Assembly: GCA_001643675.2 (NCBI GenBank) | Contig: LSRY02000007.1 | Span: forward strand, 124,001 to 188,000 | Reading direction: 5' to 3' | DNA length: 64,000 bases | Source of the DNA: Monocercomonoides exilis PA203 | Lineage: Eukaryota > Protista > Preaxostyla | Shown: one piece after another, positions 58,226 through 64,000 of the stretch | Layout of the letters: every line of letters begins with the position of its first letter | Position numbering within the stretch: the stretch's first letter is position 1 | Notes under the pieces: model-generated | The model's input: the letters and a program-made list of their open reading frames with translations, nothing else | Told to the model about the DNA's origin: nothing | Databases searched by the model: none | Made by a program: the position numbers and the translations under genes

Positions 58226-61200
58226 TTAAACATCATCTACCCAATCAAAGAACCGATCCAATAAATACCTGGCCTTGGTCTGAATGCTGCTTTTATTGCT
58301 GTTTGCATCCTGCGTAATGCCTTCTCTTCTGAAAACGTCTTCGCCCTCGTTTGCTGCAGCTTGGAGTACGGAATTACCCTCACAGCTCACAACAAGCTGA
58401 GCTATTGGATTATCCTTTGTGTTGATAACAGGATCATGTGTTGTTGGTACAAAAGATTCGAACTCTGACTCTTCCTCGATTACTCCTCTCATTCCACTCG
58501 TGGATGTGTTTGCAAAATGACTCGGAAGCGACTGTTGTTGAGATTCTCCATTCATCGACGCATTAGAGCCTTCTGCAATCATTCCATTACCAACATCGTT
58601 AGTGCCTGCTTGGGTGAAAAGTGGAGGCAAGCTCACTGGCTCACTTTCCATTGTGGAGGGGTGTTGCATCTTTGCAATATCTTCCTCCATTCCAGTTCTA
58701 TTGCCTCTTTCTTCATTGTCCATCTCCTCCTGGTTAAGACTGAGTGCAAGACGTCTTCCGTGCTCCAGAAGTAGTTCAAGTGTCAGGATGCACTTCTCTG
58801 AAGCAGAATGCCCGCTGATTCCAATCCCCGCACATAGCAATGCAATCAAAAGACATACATACATAGAATTCGCGATGTTCCTCACCTGAGTAGCCACAGA
58901 ATTCTCTGAGCTGTCATACTCCAAGCTGTGCTCAGTCGATGATGAAGAAATCATTGCATCTGAAAGCTGTGCCAAAACCAGCGATTGCTGCTCGTCATTT
59001 CCATCAATCGTATTGCACAAAACCCAAAGTGCTTCGACTTTCTCTGGAAAAGACAGCTTTGATGTTTTGAATATTTCGACAGTTGGGAACGATGAGGAAT
59101 ACGAAGAAGTTTCAGATAGCTTGCCGGTAAATAGATTCAGAACAGATACAATCACTCCATTGTCGAAAATGAACTGACGCTGAAGACAAGATCCTGAAGC
59201 AATATTCGACAGCATCCAGAGTATCAGAGCAAGCGGGAAAGGAGGAGTTGTTTTCTCTGAGATTAATGACTTTGAAGGAAGACTTTGCAGCAAAAATGTA
59301 GAAAATGACGCAGATGTAAAAACGGGAGAAGCAGACTGCAACTGATGAGAAACAAAGCCAATTGGATTGTTGAAAGGAGTCATTGAAGTTGAAGATAAAA
59401 ATAAGGAAGAAGAAGAAGATAGTGAAGAAGAAGTTGAAGACATTGCTTGTGAAGCACTTATTTCCCTCATATCGTCTTTTCTAATTGCTGCTAATGCCAG
59501 TTTTGAATGAGGATACTCGTGTGGAACAGAACTTGGATCTTTGACTGATGGAGGAAGCAAAGAAAGAACAATGTTAAGCGCTCCCATTTTTAGTATAAAT
59601 TCTGTCACGTTTTCGTTTATTGCGATGCAGTTGCCAAGAAAAGGGATGAGATAAGACGTAAGTGATTGATATTGTTGGCACAAAAGAAGAGTTGCACTGT
59701 AGATGATGTTATACTTCAATATAGTTTTAATTGATTGAATGAAATATGGCTCTTCCAATGGAATTGGCACAGTTGAATCAGAAGTCATCAAAGAAGTTGA
59801 GTTGCTTTCAAAAGAAGGTGCAATTGAAGCTGAACTAAATGAGACAGGTGGCAGATGCAATGCAGATCCTAAAGAAGAAGCATTCGAGCTAGTAACACTG
59901 CTGCAATCGAATGAAGAGTTGTAAGATGATTGCGGAGTTGCCTGGACAGAAGCAGAAGAGAAAGGGTTTGTAAAGGATGAAGTGGAAGAAGCTGAAGTGG
60001 TGGAAGTGTTGAATGTGGATGACGTTGTGGATGATGACATGGGTGTGAAAGCAGATAAGGATGCGAATGAAGTGGAAGGGGTGGCAGAAGTGAATGTTGA
60101 TGTGAATGGGGAAGTGGTGGATGATGCAAAAGAAGAAGAGGAAGAAGAATATTGTGGTGGAGGTGGAGGAAGTGATTGTGATGGTTGATAATTTGTGAAT
60201 GGAGAGCTGACTGAAGGCAAAGAGCCAAACGGGAAAGGGTACGAAGACGATGTGGATGATGAAGAAGACAAAGACGATGAAAAATCAGGATCTGAAGCAG
60301 AGGGAGCAGTTGACGTGAAAGAGACATTCAAAGGTGGGGAATTCGTGAAGGAAAGTTTCGATTCGTTTTGAGTGGAGTAAGAAGTTTGCCCGAACAATGA
60401 GGCAATTGGATCGTCCCCCCAGCTGACTTCATTTTCGTGCTCTTGTGAAGCAAGTGGAAATATGCCCTGCTGTCCGTTTCCTCCAAACTTGGAAGCATTT
60501 CCTGCATCATCGTCACCATCATCATCGCTCCAGCTCTTTTCATCAGCATACTCTGCAAGTTCATCAGAGCAATCTGTTCCTTTCTTTTCTTTGCCTCGTC
60601 CACGCCGCTGTGTTTCTGCCGATGCTCCTTCTTTTGCTTTGTCTCCGTTTCTATCTCCTTTAAATAGATCGCTTATTGGCAAGCTTATCAAATGCGTCAT
60701 CACTCGAAGCGAATAACATGCAGCAGAAAATGCAGACTTTCTGTTGCCTTCTTCGTATTTTTTTCTTTTTTCCCTTTTCAGCTCATTTGAAACATGTAAT
60801 AGTTTGTTCATCGTCAGCTCATTTCCAACACCACTGCCCAACGGAAGTATCATGCTCGATGCTTCAAATACTTCGCTATCCAGTGCATTTGCACAATATA
60901 GAAAGATCTGACAAAAACAGACGGTGCGCGGGCACAATTCCTTCTGCAACGACGTACTCATCGGCTCCTGTGTCATATTGGCGAATAGATGAGCAAGAAT
61001 ACAGCAGAAGTTGAACGATATTGGAGTGATTGTGCTGCTTGACGTGTTCTCAACAGAGCCTTCAAATGAATCGTCTCCGCCTGAACTGAAAATCGAGTTG
61101 GGTTGTCCAAATAGAGAGATTGTTTGTAAATTCTCATCTGATTCTTCTGCCATTTGGTTGCGTTCTGCCAGTGACGGGACAGAGAGTGGTGCGAATGGTG

Positions 61201-62213
61201 GAATAGTTTCTTGGGCACGTGGAGGCTTGCTGCTGTGAGTGTTTTTGTACTCTTGCTCCTTTCTAGAATTTAAGGCTTGTGAAAGAATGTTTGCAGTTTC
61301 ATCTAGGATTGACGAAAGAAGAACAAATAGTTGCGGGTTTAGAAGACGTTCGCGCATGTCTTTTGGACCTGCCATTAAGTATGCAATGCATTGAAGAGCC
61401 TTGATGCATAAACATGAAAAATAGATTCATAATCAACATTTGTATTAAAAAATTTATAATCAGTAAAAATACTTGTTCTCTGAGTGGACTGTTTGGAACA
61501 GAAAGAAAGTAAGTAAGTATATCAGGAATTCCAGAATGTGATATATGCACACAACATTTCACAGAAATTGAAGCTTTATTTGATAAAGAGATGGTTGTTT
61601 ATTTAAAAATTAATCAACAATTGTCAGTTTTCACACTGTACATTGCAATGATGCAGAGTGCCTTGCAAACTACACTTAATTCTTGCGTGTTGGATAAAAA
61701 TGGCAAAATTGATTTGGTGAAGTCGGCTGGAGTAAGAACTTCAGCAATATCTTTATCACCTGATCGAAAAATTCAAAAACATGACATAATCGAGCAAGTG
61801 ATAAGGTGCAAATTGCATTTCTGATGCAAACCAATGCAAAGAATATTCATTACTTCACTGAAGCAATTAAAAATTTGACGTGAATCTTGAGAAGTCGACA
61901 GTTTCAAAAGAATCAAAAATTGCTCTTTCTGAAAAACAATAAAAAATAAAATTTTAAATTCTTAAATTTTTATTAATTTCAATTTAAAGCACACAAGTTT
62001 ATTAACTATTGCTCGTTTTTCTGGTGTTAACATCCCTTTTCTTCCTTGATCAAGAAAAAGATTTCTGTGTTGATTTCTAAGTTCTGTTGTGTGGATCTGC
62101 CTCATTTTGCTGACAGGAGATGTGTCCTCGCCATCAAAAGTGCGAAATCGTGTGCCACTTCTTTGATTAAGTGCGAATTGTCTTGAAATGATTCGATCAT
62201 ATTCTTTATCCAT
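58226..62213 (-). CDS. Divergent importin-alpha (IBB plus ARM repeats) with Ser-rich insertions; multi-exon
   Basis: IBB-like TTELRNQHRNLFLDQGRK; ARM motifs SPLREQ|ALQCIAYL, LIPFLGNCI, ILWMLSNIASGS..QRQ, KVEALWVLCN; terminal IQTKARYLLDRFF. Confidence 0.75.
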
Positions 62214-62548
62214 TTCACTTTTGTTATGGTCTCAGTCGTTTGAAGAAAAGAACCACAAAATTTGTTCTTATTTCAGAAAATTCTCAAACATTGAATACTA
62301 TTATAACCTTTTTTATTATTGTTTATCTGACCCTTACTGCATTTAATCAAAAATTAGGTACTTTTATAAAGGAAGATAAAAAAGTTGAAATCAAAAATAT
62401 TGGTAATATGTCAAGAACAATTCGTTCTTTTTCTCAAATTAAAACTCGGTATTCCCAAAGAAATATTCAAAATTTAATAATTAACTCGTACATTGCGACG
62501 TTTGAAATGAGAAATCAAAATTATTTTGAAAAAATGTGTTTGTCACTA

Positions 62549-64000
62549 TTAATTTTGTTCAAAGAAAAGTTGGTTTTGTTTTCCTTGTTCGGTTAAAGGC
62601 ATCTGCGTTGAATCAATCTTTGTATTATCAATTGGACTGTCAAAAGAGTCATCAAGGAGATTGGGCACATCATCATCAAGCATCTCATCTCTTTGAGCAG
62701 AGTTGTTCAATGAATTAAACAGAAACGAAAGTGATGATCTGTGAACGCCATAATCTCCGCTGTTTCCTGTGACAGATCTTCCCTTTGATGTTCTGAGGAT
62801 TCCTCCAACAATGTGGTTTTGAGCTTCTCGTTCTGATTCGTCTTTACGCTCTTTCCATTGCTTTTCTCGCTCACTCAGCAAACCTGAAAGCATCTCATCA
62901 TTGTATTCTTCCTTTGGATTTTCTTCGTTGCGTTCTTTTCCTTTATCATCGTCATTTTGCAAAGTGGCTTCATTTTGTGTGTTTGTGCCTTTTTCTTCCT
63001 CTTCATCTTCGTTTTCTTCTTTAATAACATTCTTGTTTTCTTCTTCTCCGCTTTCCTTCTCTTCTTTTTCTTTTAATGTCTTCTCTTCTCCCACCCCACT
63101 CACATTATTCTCTGTCTTACTGCTTATATCGTCTGTAACAGCCTCCGTTATGACATCATCCAGATCTGATACATCGAACTCGCTTAGAGACACAATTGGA
63201 GACAGCTCTGGAACAGAAAAGACATACGGCTCGTTTGAATTGCTCTTGTAATCAGACAAGTCGGTGGATTCGAGAGAAGATAGAGCATAATGAGTGGCAG
63301 ATGGCTCATTGGCTGATGGAGTGCAGAATGAGGGAGAAGAAGAAGATGTTGAAGGAGCTTGAGAAGGAGATAAGTGAGGTAAAGAGGAAGGTGACAATAA
63401 AGAAGAAGATGATGATGTTGGTGATGGTGTGATAGGAGGTATTTGCAAAGACAAGTCAACAGGCTGATTAGGCACAGGAGAAAGAGAAAACTGGATTGAA
63501 TCAACAGCAGCAGGTTGTTCTGCTCCAATATCGTGTGTGGCCGAAGGGGACGCAGCGCTGGGAGAAGCCGAAAGAGCTGAATGAGGCGAGCGATATCTGT
63601 TGACAGGTGGAGGGAGAAGGGACTTTGATCGTGTACGGAGCGATGGATGGGCTGAAAGCGGAGAGGAAACAGGAGAAAGACGATCAAACTTTCTATTGTG
63701 CTCAGAAGAAAGAGATGCTGTCTCAATTGTATCGAAGTCTGACACGTCAAGTGGCATGTCTCTGCCAGCAGCGTCGGCAGAAGCAGCCAGTGAAGCCAAT
63801 GCGAGTGGCTGAAGATCAGCTTGTGTGAATGAGTTAGCAGCGGATGTGTGCTCGTTGGTATTTTCACTCAGTGAGTTGGCAGAAGAACTTGCGGAAGAGT
63901 TCAGAAAAGAAGATGATTCGCGATTGGCATCAGAATTTGCTGAAATGTCAGACGAAGGCAGAGAATGCTCTGAATGCTCTGAATGTGTTGAATGTGTTGA
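62549..64000 (-). CDS. 3' part of a hypothetical Ser/Pro-rich, acidic low-complexity protein (5' end outside the window)
   Basis: Frame appears open from the window edge to a TAA at 62549 with coding-like composition; includes a 9-bp repeat GAATG(C/T)(T/G)(C/T)T at about 63963-63999. Confidence 0.65.
   Translation of the reverse strand, partial: STHSTHSEHSEHSLPSSDISANSDANRESSSFLNSSASSSANSLSENTNEHTSAANSFTQADLQPLALASLAASADAAGRDMPLDVSDFDTIETASLSSEHNRKFDRLSPVSSPLSAHPSLRTRSKSLLPPPVNRYRSPHSALSASPSAASPSATHDIGAEQPAAVDSIQFSLSPVPNQPVDLSLQIPPITPSPTSSSSSLLSPSSLPHLSPSQAPSTSSSSPSFCTPSANEPSATHYALSSLESTDLSDYKSNSNEPYVFSVPELSPIVSLSEFDVSDLDDVITEAVTDDISSKTENNVSGVGEEKTLKEKEEKESGEEENKNVIKEENEDEEEEKGTNTQNEATLQNDDDKGKERNEENPKEEYNDEMLSGLLSEREKQWKERKDESEREAQNHIVGGILRTSKGRSVTGNSGDYGVHRSSLSFLFNSLNNSAQRDEMLDDDVPNLLDDSFDSPIDNTKIDSTQMPLTEQGKQNQLFFEQN

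Noticed and set aside
1-64000. CRISPR arrays, prokaryotic operons or defence systems, rRNA, tRNA, telomeric arrays
   Set aside because: None seen; the window is intron-containing eukaryotic DNA, and the TTAGGG at about 12519 is only the TSD plus TIR junction.

Overview
Eukaryotic protist DNA: AT-rich intergenic regions, short GT(A/T)TG..AG introns, standard genetic code (TAA, TAG and TGA all terminate real genes), poly-Ser insertions and giant GGAI/FxxC surface proteins. The style strongly suggests an oxymonad such as Monocercomonoides (inference). About 12 host genes are present: EEF1AKMT4/METTL13-like methyltransferase, a six-ubiquitin-like-domain/RING-H2 polyprotein, 2-Cys peroxiredoxin, a poly-Ser-inflated CYFIP/Sra1, an ERp38-type PDI, an F-box multipass membrane protein, two giant paralogous surface proteins (one with a pseudokinase tail), a CCHC zinc-knuckle protein, a SMYD methyltransferase, a divergent importin-alpha and a 5'-truncated low-complexity gene. 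The first 15 kb holds a transposon nest that the ORF track misses. A dead DD34D mariner is split by a 204-bp MITE and by a 4.55-kb TIR element carrying gene-like cargo; both have GG(C/G)TGA ends and 4-bp A-N-N-T target duplications. A second copy of the MITE and an apparently intact intron-containing DD35D pogo-like transposon lie nearby. Best candidates for something new: the cleavable multi-UBL/E3 polyprotein and the 4-bp-TSD transposon family with cargo. All family assignments are by motif recognition, not database search.
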